Assembly (NCBI GenBank): GCA_040954595.2
Contig: CM082580.2
Span: 1 to 64,000 of the forward strand
Source of the DNA: Balanoglossus misakiensis
Taxonomy: Eukaryota; Animalia; Hemichordata
Length of the DNA: 64,000 nt
Direction: 5' to 3'
The notes under the pieces are model-generated. The model was not told the DNA's origin, searched no databases, and was given only the letters and a program-made list of their open reading frames with translations. How positions within the stretch are numbered: position 1 is the stretch's first letter; each line of letters opens with the position of its first letter. The translations under genes and the position numbers were made by a program. Below are positions 23,411 through 36,900 of this stretch, piece by piece.

Positions 23411-23978
23411 GTGAGTAGTAATTGTTATTTTTCGAGTATTTTATTCCCCTTCTGTTCTATTGAAATGACTTTGGTGACATGTCTAGGGTACTGATCCCAG
23501 GCTGTGTGAGGACCAGCTCTGTATTCCCTATACAGCTGGTGTTTGCATTATTGCAAAATATTCCATTCATGCAAGTGAAAACAAATTATTTTGTGTCTTA
23601 ACACTCAAACATTTTCAGTTTTTGGCAACCCCATCAGTTCTGCCCACCTTCCTTCATGTTGCGGCATCCTGTATTCTAAAGATTCATGCATTCGAAATAT
23701 ACTGCAAAACGTGTTATTTTCGCGAGCAGTAAATTTCTGCAAAACATGCGCTGGTCAAAAAAACGATAAAATAAAAAGTTGTGTAAAATGTTTTTGGAGA
23801 TAATGATGCAGTTAGTGAAATACGAGAACTCGAAAATTCGTCCTCACGTAACAGTCGCCTCTTTTAATATCGCGAAAATTTCCTGTCGTGAAAACAACCC
23901 AGTTTACAGTACACACTTCCGGTTGGTATTGTAATGTGGCATATGTAAGAATTTTTTGCATGTTGTTTTATCCATTAG

Positions 23979-24127
23979 CTCTGCTGATGCTGCAGCTGTA
24001 GTTATTGAAGATGCAGTCAACAATGGTCCTTTTGATACAGCTGAATATTCGGTCGACGCTGAGACATTACAAGTTGAAAGTACAATATTCTGTTCCAATG
24101 GTAGTGTTCTTGTTGGAGAAGAATGTG
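23979..24127 (+). CDS. Exon: linker leading into the GCC repeats
   Basis: SADAAAVVIEDAVNNG...FCSNGSVLVGEEC; ttag| and |gtgagt; phase 2-1. Confidence 0.8.
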
Positions 24128-24160
24128 GTGAGTGCCTATACTCCTCAGTTGTTATGTACT

Positions 24161-24253
24161 TTAACCCTTTCACTCCCAGTTTCCTCTATAGAGGTCAAAC
24201 CTTACCATAGAAAACAATTGGTTTGGACTGAACCATGGTGGTGAAAGGATTAA
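24161..24253. mobile_element. Tiny TTAA-flanked piggyBac-like MITE
   Basis: TTAACCCTTTCA...TGAAAGGATTAA. Confidence 0.6.
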
Positions 24254-24721
24254 AACTGTGTCCAAAATTAATATTATAAAAAGGTGTAGATGTTAATATG
24301 TTTATATCGCCTGATATGACCTGTTAGGTGGGCCGTATTGCTGCGAGTGTGGTTGTGAGTCGCAGTGTACAAATTAAAGACAAGTGTGAGTGGTAAATAC
24401 AACCCAACCAAGAGGTGATATAAGGAAATAATTGATTTGATATGCTCATACCAAGGAGGGACAAAGTCTCTTTCTCGCTGCCCTTTTTCCATTAATTATG
24501 TTTGATAGAAGACACAGTTAATGTTATTCTACATGTGGATATATAGTGAATCAACATTCAACCACACACAACTGCAATCCCACTTGTAGACACAAGAGTG
24601 AAAAACTGGCCAAAATGAATGCTGTGTGTTACAATTGTAGTTGTGTTTTAAACCATTAATGCATAATGATCAGTACATGAACAATGTATACATCTGCCTT
24701 CAACATTTTGTATTTCCACAG

Positions 24722-24883
24722 TATTGTGTCCTGAAGGGTCGTACCATGACACTGAGCTGAGTCAGTGCCATCCTTGTGCAATTGGATATTATCAACCCCT
24801 TGAAGGACAAACAGCATGCAATGCCTGTCCAAATAATGGAGTCACCAGGGGAAAGAGATCATTATCCATCTTGCAGTGTTTTG
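24722..24883 (+). CDS. Exon: GCC2/GCC3 (ephrin-receptor-like) repeat 1 (donor mutated)
   Basis: CPEGSYHD...CHPCAIGYYQPLEGQTACNACP...QCF; 162 bp, followed by TTATGT instead of GTATGT. Confidence 0.8.
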
Positions 24884-25143
24884 TTATGTATAACAGAAGG
24901 CAATATCTCCTCCTCGTCCACAGCCATAGCCTAGTATCTAGCCGTATTTTGTCCGCTTTGCTTCCAAAACTAGCGTCTAGCCTCACTCATGCCACTGGCC
25001 CGATAAAACCCCATACCCCTTGACGGGAATTGTGACGTATATATCAAATTATTGTGGTGTGATCCAATATGGAAAGAATGACAATTGGAATGTTCATCTC
25101 TTTGGTTGAAAAAATAATTTTTCAACAATGATGTCTATTGCAG

Positions 25144-25305
25144 AGAGGTGCGATGTTGGTCACTACTTTGACAACGGGACTTCTTAGTGCCAAAGCTGCC
25201 CCATTGGATTCTGGCAATCAGAAGAAGGAAAGTTTGTGTGTAATACTTGCCCAAAGGAAATGCTTACATTAGTTGAAGGAGCTACTGATGAGTCACAATG
25301 TCAGG
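25144..25305 (+). CDS. Exon: GCC repeat 2 with in-frame stop
   Basis: RCDVGHYFDNGTS*CQSCPIGFWQSEEGKFVCNTCP...QCQ; TAG at 25185-25187; donor phase ambiguous (25304/25305). Confidence 0.8.
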
Positions 25306-25549
25306 TTAGGTACTTGTGTTATTTGCTATTCTTGACTATCAATCACATGATCTGGCCATGTGACGTACCCATGGCGTTATCATTTGTAAGTGACAGGCAA
25401 GCAATATTTCGGCATCCAGTAAACTTTTTTCCGAGTAGGTTTTTACTTTAGAACCGCCAGATATGTAACATATTCAACAGTTTAACAAATTCACGTGAGT
25501 GAAAAGCAGATAATCGTGAATATCAAAAAATTAATCTTCTCAATTACAG

Positions 25550-25717
25550 AGGTATGTAAATCAGTGGGAGTCCAACTTAGTGTCAATGGGTCTTGTGAGT
25601 CGTGTCCCATGGGAACCTATCGATCAAATGCTGAACTTCAGCCATCTTGTATGCCGTGCCCATTTGGCTTCACCACAAGAGCAGTCGGTTCAACCTTAAG
25701 TGAAGATTGTAATGTTT
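25550..25717 (+). CDS. Exon: GCC repeat 3
   Basis: CESCPMGTYRS...CMPCPFGFTTRAVGSTLSEDC; tacag| and |gtaagt. Confidence 0.85.
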
Positions 25718-25854
25718 GTAAGTATTATGTATACAACTTTTCATGTTGTATCTCAACTGTACTGAACTGAAGGTTGTATTATTGTGCCTCAGTTGTTCAG
25801 AATAATGATAGTCCTCCAATTTTATTCTATGCTCTTTTTCCATTCCATCAACAG

Positions 25855-26016
25855 CTTACTGCAATGTTGGTTGGTACTTGAATCAGGAGTCCTATAGATG
25901 TGAGAAATGCCCTGTTGGAACATATAACTTTGAATTCAACCAGGATGCTTGTCAACCATGCCCAACTGGCTACACTACAGGCAGAGAGGGTGCCCTATAT
26001 GAAACAGAATGTGATG
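25855..26016 (+). CDS. Exon: GCC repeat 4
   Basis: YCNVGWYLNQESYRCEKCPVGTYNFEFNQDACQPCPTGYTTGREGALYETEC; 162 bp. Confidence 0.85.
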
Positions 26017-26317
26017 GTAGGAATAATTTTTCATAATCATAGAACTGATAACATGCATGAAGTGCTTGTGGAGATCAACCTTAACTGTTCAATCTGACAC
26101 AAACACTTCATTATAAGAAATTTTCTTCTTTATTTAGAGTATCATTTGATATGTTGTGTGATCCAACATTTTTATATAATTTAATAATGCTCCTCTTTTA
26201 ACACCTTTTCTGAAAATTTCACGGAAATAACAATATTGTAATACTGTTTTCTCAGAATTCTACATGTTAGGCTATGGAATGTGATAACCATGCACTGCAT
26301 CTGGGTAGTCATCTAAC

Positions 26318-26508
26318 TTAAAGGTATACAGTCACCTCCAATTTACAAACGCCCATATATGGCTGAAATGGAGTATATGAGAGTTCTAAAGAACATATGG
26401 TGGCGCTCTTTTTTGCATGTGCCACCCACTGAAAATCTGTGATTGGCTAGATCTCCTTTTGCCATGGTAACTATAGCTAATTTTCCATAGGTGACCGTAT
26501 ACCTTTAA
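26318..26508. mobile_element. TTAA-flanked Kolobok-like MITE
   Basis: TTAA-AGGTATACAGTCACCT...AGGTGACCGTATACCT-TTAA. Confidence 0.75.
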
Positions 26509-26584
26509 CTGGTGATATGTATGAAGATCCCATAGTTTTATTTGGTGGTCAGTTAAAGACATTGCAAGAATTTTTGTTTTCTAG

Positions 26585-26707
26585 ATGCACATGAATGTCG
26601 TCTTGGTCTGGATGACTGTCACCCAAATGCCACTTGCAGGAATCTTGTACCAGGATATGAATGCACTTGCAAAACTGGTTTCACTGGTGATGGAATAACT
26701 TGTACAG
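26585..26707 (+). CDS. Exon: calcium-binding-type EGF domain
   Basis: DAHECRLGLDDCHPNATCRNLVPGYECTCKTGFTGDGITCT; 123 bp. Confidence 0.9.
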
Positions 26708-27001
26708 GTATGTAACTATCTACAACTGAAATGTCAACAGAAATATGTACAGCTAAAACGTAGACACTACTGTTGATTTAGTATAGCTCTTGCTGCCCTT
26801 TTTTCCATTAATTATGTTTGATACAAGACACTGTTTATGTTATTCACCCGGTACATGTGGATATATAGTGAATCAATGTTCGACAGCACACAACTTCCAT
26901 TCCGTTTGTAAGAAATGAATCTGCAAGTGGGTTTAGTTCTTGTCTAATACAAATGGTTCGTCAGGTAGAATAATGTGATGTGATTTTATTCTTGTGTCTA
27001 G

Positions 27002-27130
27002 ATAAATGTGAAGGGTTCTGCTCAAACAATGCTGTTTGCATCAAGGACAGTGATGGCAATCCTGTTTGTGAATGTACTGATGAATATCAAGGTGAAACTT
27101 GCCGCCAGAGAATACCAATGCAAGTTAAAG
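27002..27130 (+). CDS. Exon: EGF domain
   Basis: DKCEGFCSNNAVCIKDSDGNPVCECTDEYQGETC. Confidence 0.88.
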
Positions 27131-27397
27131 GTGTGTATACATTTCTTTGTCTTTTAATAACTCAAGATTGAAAAACAATATTCACTAAAGTTTACACATT
27201 TGTTTGATCTACATGATTACAGTTTACGTTGTCTTGAAAATATTTGTGAAAATGGTGAAACTGCAACATCTGCAGTATAACTAGATTTTTGGTCAACTAA
27301 CCATTTTACAATAGTTAAGCATCATAATGAATGGTTTTCTTGCTTTTATCGTAGCATATCGCCCCCGTGACAAATAGAAATATTTAAACTCTTACAG

Positions 27398-27494
27398 ATT
27401 CCTCCGTTGACACAGCTGTCATCATTGGTGGTGTTGCGGGAGGTTTAGCGGCTGTGTTAGTGCTTGGTGTAATAATGTTACTCATGTACCAACG
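27398..27494 (+). CDS. Exon: transmembrane helix
   Basis: AVIIGGVAGGLAAVLVLGVIMLLMYQR; tacag| and |gtaagt. Confidence 0.88.
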
Positions 27495-27846
27495 GTAAGT
27501 TATTTAGTACTACCAGAGTAGAATCGAGACAGCTGTAGACATGTTGCCCATCAGAAAACTGGGAATTTACCTGTATCTTTCCATACATGCATGAGGCAAC
27601 GTGAAAAATAATCACATCTGTATCGTGGAAGCAAATTTATTCAAAGAGTTCATGCATAGACCTATTAGCGTATAGGGTAACTGCAGTGCATCATGGTATA
27701 ATTTGCGTTCAACATGCATGGCGGCTAACAAGGCAAAGTCACGCGACCAGACCGCAAAGTGTCCAACAACCACCTGCGTTATTCTACAGTAGTAACAACA
27801 TCACAACAAATCCCACATTGATGATGTTCAACTATTTGACATTCAG

Positions 27847-28111
27847 GTGTGCTCTTGGAGGAAAGAAACATCCAGGCTGGGAAGAACAAGAGGCAACTAT
27901 GGATATCCATTGGTTTGATGATACAGATGATGTTGATAGCAAGGCAGGGAAAAGTGTGGAAGATGAGGAAGCCTTCAGAGAAATCTATCACTACAATCCC
28001 ATGTATAGTGGCGACAGTGGTAGTGCCAGTGGAAGTGAGGAATGGAGACCAAGGCCTCTTAAGAGTAGAAATGAACTATTTCATGAGAGTCACGGAGACA
28101 GATACTTCTAA
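27847..28111 (+). CDS. Last coding exon: acidic cytoplasmic tail with NPxY
   Basis: Phase-2 match to the TM exon; YHYNPMY; TAA at 28109. Confidence 0.85.
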
Positions 28112-29749
28112 TGTGCCATCTCTGTGTGTACATGTATGGTATAATTCAAATGATAACTAGAATGGTTTCATTTTGTGAGTTGACACAGTACTGTGATAAG
28201 CTTGGTATAATCCCATAAATGATAACAATAATAGTTATGCTTTGTCAGACGACAGTACTGTGATAAGCGCACATTAAATTGGTTGGAGTGAAACAGATCT
28301 TTATTATTACACTCTTAGCAACATCTGAATGAAATGATCATAAATAATCATCTTTAAAGTATGTTGGTTATAAGGCTATATATTTTACATATTTTAAAGA
28401 ATTTTCCTTAAAAATTTGTTATGACTTATTATAAGGTATTGTGTAATGAAAAAGATATGATAATACGAGAATTCCTAAACAACAACATATTTTTGTTGAA
28501 TTTGGAGGACAAATTTAACTGTGTACCAATTCAGCTCTCCCTTTGCATGCTGACTTGCTTCTGTATCCATACAAGGCAGCATTTATCCTTAACTTGATCA
28601 GGTAGAAGGTCTTTTCATCCAAATGCATAGATTATGAATTATTTCTCTCAATATATTCAGTGACTACCTCCCGATGATATATATCCTCCTGAATTAGTGC
28701 TTCAAATTTTGATATTTTTCTTGATATTTTTCTTTAATTTGACTTCAACCGTCACCATTCTCCAAGACTGTAAAAGAAGGGAGATGATGATTAACTATTA
28801 TCAATTTTTTTGCCCCTTGTACTGTCTTTACATCTGGCCGTATAAATCTGATATTTGTTTGGCATGCGAATTTTGGAATATGGATGTGTATGATCACAAT
28901 TATAAGATCCTCAAAATAAAAGATCCTATCATTTCATTTGGTTAATAACCAGTTCATAGGTGAATGGAAATATAGTTACTCACTTTGAGACCTGACATGT
29001 ATATATAATAATTCAAAGTATTTATTCGCATATTTTTATATTATTCATGGTGTTATAGATCAATGGAAATTTTTCAAATTAAATTCATGTATATAAAATG
29101 TAGCAATGTAATGTCATATGTGAAACCCTTAATCTTGATATTGTAATTCATTGTAGAATATGATTATATTGTGTTATTCACTCAACTTGTGCATGTATGT
29201 TTAAGATTCATGCAAAATTACTTTTTTATACAAACTGTTCCTTTTTGTGTTGTTCGGAGGTGACAACTCATCAACAATGAAATAAGTTTGGGAAATTTTT
29301 GAACAAAGTCATGAAGTGGAAGTACTATAAATAAGTTTAATATCTGTTTGAGTTGTCCTGCCAGAAGTCAACATTTTTAGCTTATACAAATACTGGTGCA
29401 ACTACAGAACAGTTGAAGAATTTCATCATTATATTTAAGTTTTAATTACAAGTATATCAATTGCACCTTTTCCTTATATTAAAGCATATTTTTATTATAA
29501 TATTTAACTGAGTTCTTTGTCTACTTTTTTAAACTGACAATTTGTCAGTCATTACCATAACCCTGGAGTGTATTTCACTGTGTCCAGAGATTCTTCTGTA
29601 GTTGTTATAATAAGACATCAAACCAGGTCCAATAATCAATATTACTAAAGCTAAGCTAATTACCAGGTCCAGGTTCAAAAAAGAAATAAGAGAAAAAACT
29701 TACAATTTCAACAGGATCATCTTGAACCACTGCTAAGTGGTAGTACTCG

Positions 29750-30199
29750 CACAGGGGGGCTGCAAACATGAAAGTTATAAATGGCGGAGTTCCTGCATTT
29801 TCCCCCAATAAACATTAATTGATGAACAGTCTTTGCGCTTGTTTATTTTTCTGTGTTACCTCCACCTGTCTTAGCAGTTGCTAATCCAGAATACAAACTA
29901 TTGCATTTCCCATTAAGCACCTGCTAACGACTTAATCTGTGTGCCCCATCCACGGATTTAGTGGATTAAGTAAACATCGGTCAGTTCTCACTTGGTAAGA
30001 GAATACCCAGTACTCGCTGACCGATGTTTACTTTATTAACTTAATCCGTGGATGGGGCACACAGATTAAGTCGTTAGCAGGTGATTAATGGGAAATGGAT
30101 AGCTTTTATTCTGGATTAGCAAATGATAAGACAGGTTGGGAAAACGCAGAATGGAACGTACTTCGCCATTTATAACTTTCATGTTTGCAGCCCCCTGTG
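29750..30199. mobile_element. 450-bp hairpin MITE, CACAG termini, 7-bp imperfect TSD (P-like)
   Basis: CACAGGGGGGCTGCAAACATGAAAGTTATAAATGGCG...CGCCATTTATAACTTTCATGTTTGCAGCCCCCTGTG; flanks GTACTCG/GTACTAG. Confidence 0.8.
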
Positions 30200-32817
30200 G
30201 TACTAGGTGTCGGAAATGGGTAAGCACACCCTTCCAGCATGCTACACCCGTTAAGACTGACCCAAAGAGACAGATTTAAGTTGAATTTGACTTAACTAAC
30301 AAATTACTGTTGCAAGTCAAATCCATATTTTGACTTTATCTCTGACTGAGCGCAGCGTTGTCTGAGAGACACTCCACGTCTTCCTCTTCACAAGCAGCCC
30401 ACTTGAAGTTTCAGCAACATCCATAATAGTCCTAAAGTTGAGGTGCCAGTTAAAATTAGGTTTTTGGACCAAACTGGAATAGCTGCCGAAGTTTGGTATT
30501 TCAAATGATTGTCAGGTCACCTGTTTATTATATGACTGTGAGGTTTCTAACAAAAGGGAGATGACATACAATCACAAGTGTAAATCTAATATTGAACATT
30601 ACTTAAAGGGACAAATTGTTCAAATCCTCTTTTGAGCTTATTTGATCAATTTTGTTTGATATGAAATGTGCCTATTATGCTGTTTGACTTCTTTAAACAT
30701 GCTTAAATACTGGCCAATAAATAACTCCACTATGTTTGAAATTAAACCAGATAGTACAATAATACATTCCAAATGTCATCTGTGATAACATCATGCTTTG
30801 GACTTTTTTACTTTATATATTACATAACATGTTACGGAGGGGGGGGGGGGAGAGGTGAGAAAAGGAATGTGAGAAAGGAGAAGAAAAGCAAGAGGGCGGA
30901 AATGAGAATGTCAGGATGGAAAGGGAATGAGGGGAGGACTTTGACAGAAGGGGAGGGGAGAGACCGAATAAGTGAAGGTGAGAGAGGAAGTGGTTAGACA
31001 GGAAGAAAGGGAAATTAAAGCTCAATCACCACCACCACCACCACCACAATCATCATCATCACCATCATTGCCATCATCATTCTGGAGGCATCGTGGCCTG
31101 TATTTGCCCATGGGCATCATGGGCCAAAAAAACTGATTCAGTGTAAATGTGCATAAACCACACTTTTGTACGAACTCCTGTAACCGGTGACGCAAGTCGT
31201 GAGTGGATTTGTGGGCGTGTCGCGACCTTTTCTGTGAACGTGATGCAGAGTGATATATTGATGACCCCCCAGCCACCCCCACACCCTTTGGTAACACACT
31301 TCTTAAACTTTCTTTACATAGAATGGACTTCTCAAACCTTCCTTACCAAAGTTCTGATTAAAGATATCTATCTTCTAGGGTACTACCAACAGCGTTTCAC
31401 GTGACTGTAGACAAGCATCAAGTACCTGTACACAGACAAGGGCGTGCGCGCGTCCACAATAATTTAAAACGAATGTTTCCACCGCCGTGTGTTTTATGCA
31501 CATAAACACTGAATCAGCTTTAATATTGTCCCATGATGCCCCGTGAGTTGTCAGAGTACCAAACTGACAATGCTGGAGAAAAAATGAAGTGTTGACATGC
31601 ATGTTGTTGAGGGGTTTCACAATGCATGTTACGGACGCTGGTTTCTCTTAGCAATAGAGTAGAGGCGTAAGGATGGGTTGATCTTGTGATTAAGAATTTT
31701 GGCAAAGAAACAGAAATTGTGTCATTTAGTTTTGTATTAAACCCTATTCGCGTATTTTGTGTTAAAGCACGAAATACTGCAATAATGAGATACGGTAGTA
31801 TTTAACACATATAATATATGATATAATATAGCTTTATCAATACCAGTGAATTTTGTGACGTCATTGCTGTACATTTTTTTATCTTTTATTTAAAACGCAC
31901 AATGTTACATCAACAAATCAAAAGAAGAAACGAACTGAAAACTCACATCATAGCTTCAAAATTTATTACACTTTCTGGATGGTTGCATGATTCCTAAGGC
32001 TTGTATACCTTCAACCTCAATGTCACGCGGGAGGATTGGTGTTGGGAATGTAACGGGGAATTAAACTCTATCGATGGGGATAACTCGCTTGGCTAATACT
32101 GAGAGGTACCTATATGGAATCGTGCTGACGTCCAGATACATCGACACGAACACTGGGTATTTATGGTAGCAACTGAGAATATAAGAATTTAATGAAATAA
32201 ACCTACTCGACCACTTGCGTTCGGAGGACAAGAAGGACACAAATAGTCCGCCATCCAAAAGACCGTTCCAGCATTTTATTTTTACCCGCCAAAAGACGCG
32301 GAGATATATTTTTAGATGAATGATCCATGCATACTCTGATTGCATAGTACTTGTCTTCCTTGTGTTCCTTAAAACAATGAATGTATTGTATTTTCTTTTC
32401 TTTTCATCAGGAATGCGATAACTTTCTTAACACTTCAAAAGTTTCTTTACTCTTCAATCACTTCTGTCTCAAGTTTAACTTTTACTTCCAAATCTCAGGT
32501 CACAAACTCTATAGACTGCTAAACAATTTTCTTCCTAGTGTTGTATGCGCCACTTGTGAATTTTTGCGAGTGAGATTCACGGGCGTTTGAGCACAAGTTA
32601 TACAAAATATGTTTATCGCCATTAGAAAAACGTTCGCGTAGAATCAATGACGTCATGGTAAATTTTAGCTGCATGCTCCAATAGGGATGATAGGGAGACT
32701 ACTTGTTGTAGAGCACCTGAAAATGTACGTATTTCGTCACTTCCTTTTCGCGAAATTTAATTCTTAACGGCATCTTAGTTTTAAGATTTGTGATTCCTTT
32801 TTTCTTCAGTTGTACAT

Positions 32818-33100
32818 TTGCATCACGGGATACTTCTTTGTAGACTATCGAACCTTGGCATCTCAGACACAGTACTAACATGGTTTACATCTTACCTTCA
32901 ATATAGATATCAAACTGTAATCATCGAAAACACTGCAAGTTCACAGTCACCTCTCGTATACGGGGTGCCACTGCCCCTCTGTTGTTCACCATTTATATAG
33001 CCCCACTTTATAGTAAACCGATTCGTCCCCACATCCTACAATTTCATCAGTACGCCGATGATAACCAGCGATACCTCGCCTTTTCCCATCAAGATTCAAC
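32818..33100 (+). mobile_element. LINE (L2/CR1-clade-like) reverse transcriptase fragment
   Basis: HGILLCRLSNLGISDTVLTWFTSYLQYRYQTV...YGVP / PLLFTIYIAPL / FHQYADD, with deletions. Confidence 0.85.
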
Positions 33101-33153
33101 CTCTGACGTTCCTGTCTTCTAAGGATTGTTGAACTTTAATGCATGCAGTTTGT

Positions 33154-33693
33154 TGTTACGGCCGGTCGTCCTCCGGACGTTTACCTCATCGGCTTCTGTG
33201 GGGAATCAGCCACGTCCGAAAGCTGACGGCGTACATTCTCTCCATCTCCTTCTCCACCCAACATATTCATAAAGTCCGAGAGAGGTACCCGGCAGATCGT
33301 AAACCTTTCGTAGACAGAGACTTGCAAGAAGTTTTCCGAGTAACACAAAGTTCTGGTTTATTACTGGTCACACGTAAGAATTACACGACTCGATCCATGC
33401 TCGTTGACTCCCATCACGGATCTCCGGTGATAAATGTGTGATCTCAAATTTCACCACACCTTATTAATACGTTAGTCAAGTATTAAGTCATAAAAGGAAC
33501 ACGTCATCTTGATATTTCTTAAACATGAACTTAGCGCGTGATATCTCTATCTCGTTCTGACATGTATCAATTACACAATCTTGTTTACTCTGGGTCAAGT
33601 ACCAATGTCAATACTGGACTAAAACCATATAAGTGAATGACTTCTTACGTAATCATAAACAAGATCTATGATCGTTAAAACTCAATCGTGACA
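33154..33693 (-). mobile_element. Probable solo LTR (540 bp)
   Basis: TGTTACG...CGTGACA termini, flanks TTTGT/CTTGT, AATAAA on the minus strand at ~33357. Confidence 0.55.
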
Positions 33694-33998
33694 CTTGTAT
33701 TACCGCTGGTTTCTCATGATTGTTCATGCATCGGGGAATCTGTAGCGATGAGGTAACGGGCTCTGACGAGAACCGTGATCCACGGAGAAACGTATCTGAT
33801 TTACGTTCATTTATTGTCCGGAATTATTATAGTACATCAAATACGCCCAGTAAAGTACATGAGGAAGGGAACGAGCTCAGTAGCCTGAGGTACTCCCATC
33901 TCCCGTTATATTATTCTCCCCTAACTTTGGAAACAAAGTTCTCTTATAATTACTTTTCTCAAGGCGTGGTTAACCATGTAAAATATCACAAATACATG

Positions 33999-36900
33999 TA
34001 GTGGCCAGTGTCGTGCCCATTAATTTTGAGTGTTTGGTGGGGTCAACCTTTGCGTTAACATTGATTAACCAGGCCATGCAGAGCTAGTGGCCAGTGTCGT
34101 GCCCATTAATTTTGAGTGTTTGGTGGGGTCAACCTTTGCGTCAACATTGATTAACCAGGCCATGCAGAGCTAGTGGCCAGTGTCGTGGCCATTAATTTTT
34201 AGTGTTTGGTGGGGTCAACCTTTGCGTCAACATTGATTAACCAGGCCATGCAGAGCTAGTGGCCAGTGTCGTTCCCATTAATTTTGAGTGTTTGGTGGGG
34301 TCAACCTTTGCGTCAACATTGATTAACCATGCCATGCAGAGCTAGTAGCCAGTGTCGTGCCCATTAATTTTGAGTGTTTGGTGGGGTCAACCTTTGCGTC
34401 AACATTGATTAACCAGGCCATGCAGAGCTAGTGGCCAGTGTCGTGCCCATTAATTTTGAGTGTTTGGTGGGGTCAACCTTTGCGTCAACATTGATTAACC
34501 AGGCCATGCAGAGCTAGTGGCCAGTGTCGTGCCCATTAATTTTGAGTGTTTGGTGGGGTCAACCTTTGCGTCAACATTGATAAACCAGGCCATGCAGAGC
34601 TAGTGGCCAGTGTCGTTCCCATTAATTTTGAGTGTTTGGTGGGGTCAACCTTTGCTTCAACATTGATTAACCAGGCCAGAGCTTAGTGGCCAGTGTCGCG
34701 CCCATTAATTTTGAGTGTTTGGTGGGGTCAACCCTTGCGTCAACCTTGATTAGCCAGGCCAGAGCTAGTGGCCAGTGTCGTGCCCATCAATTATGAGTGT
34801 TTGGTGGGGTCAACCCTTGCGTCAACATTGATTAGCCAGGCCAGAGCTTAGTGGCCAGTGTCGCGCCCATTAATTTTGAGTGTTTGGTGGGGTTAACCCT
34901 TGTGTCAACCTGGATTAGCCAGGCCAGAGCTAGGGGCCAGTGTCGCGCCCATCAATTTTGAGTGTTTGGTGGGGTCAACCTTTGCGTCAACCTTGATTAG
35001 CCACGGCAGAGCTAGTGGCCAGTGTCGTGCCCACAAATTTTGAGTGTTTGGTGGGGTCAACCCTTGCGTCAACATTGATTAGCCAGGCCAGAGCTAGTGG
35101 CCAGTGTCGCGCCCATCAATTTTGAGTGTTTGGTGGGGTCAACCCTTGCGTCAACATTGATTAGCCAGGCCAGAGCTAGTGGCCAGTGTCGTGCCCATCA
35201 ATTTTGAGTGTTTGGTGGGGTCAACCCTTGTGTCAACATTGATTAGCCAGGCCAGAGCTAGTGGCCAGTGTCGTGCCCATCAATTTTGAGTGTTTGGTGG
35301 GGTCAACCCTTGCGTCAACATTGATTAGCCAGGCCAGAGCTAGTGGCCAGTGCCGTGCCCATCAATTTTGAGTGTTTGGTGGGGTCAACCCTTGCGTCAA
35401 CCTTGATTAGCCAGGCCAGAGCTAGTGGCCAGTGTCGTGCCCATTAATTTTGAGTGTTTGGTGGGGTCAACCTTTGCGTCAACATTGATTAACCAGGCCA
35501 TGCAGAGCTAGTGGCCAGTGTCGTTCCCATTAATTTTGAGTGTTTGGTGGGGTCAACCTTTGCTTCAACATTGATTAACCAGGCCAGAGCTTAGTGGCCA
35601 GTGTCGTGCCCATCAATTTTGAGTGTTTGGTGGGGTCAACCCTTGCGTCAACCTTGATTAGCCAGGCCAGAGCTAGTGGCCAGTGTCGTGCCCATCAATT
35701 TTGAGTGTTTGGTGGGGTCAACCCTTGCGTCAACATTGATTAGCCAGGCCAGAGCTTAGTGGCCAGTGTCGCGCCCATTAATTTTGAGTGTTTGGTGGGG
35801 TTAACCCTTGCGTCAACCTTGATTAGCCAGGCCAGAGCTAGTGGCCAGTGTCGTGCCCATTAATTTTGAGTGTTTGGTGGGGTCAACCTTTGCGTCAACA
35901 TTGATTAACCAGGCCATGCAGAGCTAGTGGCCAGTGTCGTTCCCATTAATTTTGAGTGTTTGGTGGGGTCAACCTTTGCTTCAACATTGATTAACCAGGC
36001 CAGAGCTTAGTGGCCAGTGTCGTGCCCATCAATTTTGAGTGTTTGGTGGGGTCAACCCTTGCGTCAACCTTGATTAGCCAGGCCAGAGCTAGTGGCCAGT
36101 GTCGTGCCCATCAATTTTGAGTGTTTGGTGGGGTCAACCCTTGCGTCAACATTGATTAGCCAGGCCAGAGCTTAGTGGCCAGTGTCGCGCCCATTAATTT
36201 TGAGTGTTTGGTGGGGTTAACCCTTGCGTCAACCTGGATTAGCCAGGCCAGAGCTAGTGGCCAGTGTCGTGCCCATCAATTTTGAGTGTTTGGTGGGGTC
36301 AACCTTTGCGTCAACCTTGATTAGCCACGCCAGAGCTAGTGGCCAGTGTCGCGCCCATCAATTTTGAGTGTTTGGTGGGGTCAACCTTTGCGTCAACCTT
36401 GATTAGCCACGCCAGAGCTAGTGGCCAGTGTCGTGCCCATCAATTTTGAGTGTTTGGTGGGGTCAACCCTTGCGTCAACATTGATTAGCCAGGCCAGAGC
36501 TAGTGGCCAGTGTCGCGCCCATTAATTTTGAGTGTTTGGTGGGGTCAACCCTTGCGTCAACATTGATTAGCCAGGCCAGAGCTAGTGGCCAGTGTCGTGC
36601 CCATCAATTTTGAGTGTTTGGTGAGGTCAACCTTTGCGTCAACATTGATTAACCAGGCCATGCAGAGCTACATTGTAGTGGCCAGTGTCGTGCCCATCAA
36701 TTTTGAGTGTTTGGTGGGGTCAACCTTTGCGTCAACATTGATTAACCAGGCCATGCAGAGCTAGTGGCCAGTGTCGTGCCCATCAATTTTGAGTGTTTGG
36801 TGGGGTCAACCTTTGCGTCAACATTGATTAACCAGGCCATGCAGAGCTACATTGTAGTGGCCAGTGTCGTGCCCATCAATTTTGAGTGTTTGGTGGGGTC

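Larger units (their letters stand above)
19591..28111 (+). pseudogene. 3' portion (14 exons) of an SVEP1/uninflatable-like type I membrane protein gene with inactivating lesions
   Basis: Phase-compatible GT-AG exons encode pentraxin C-term, HYR, sushi, an RRKR linker, 4 GCC2/GCC3 repeats, cbEGF, EGF, TM and YNPMY. TAG at 25185, CAT instead of CAG at 22552-22554, TT instead of GT at 24884. Confidence 0.8.

Noticed and set aside
30835-31080. Purine-rich tract and CAC/CAT repeat ORFs
   Set aside because: Low-complexity sequence with no splice or domain evidence.
31960-32640. Possible decayed SWIM-type transposon ORF on the minus strand
   Set aside because: Only faint motif hints across many frameshifts; needs BLASTx.
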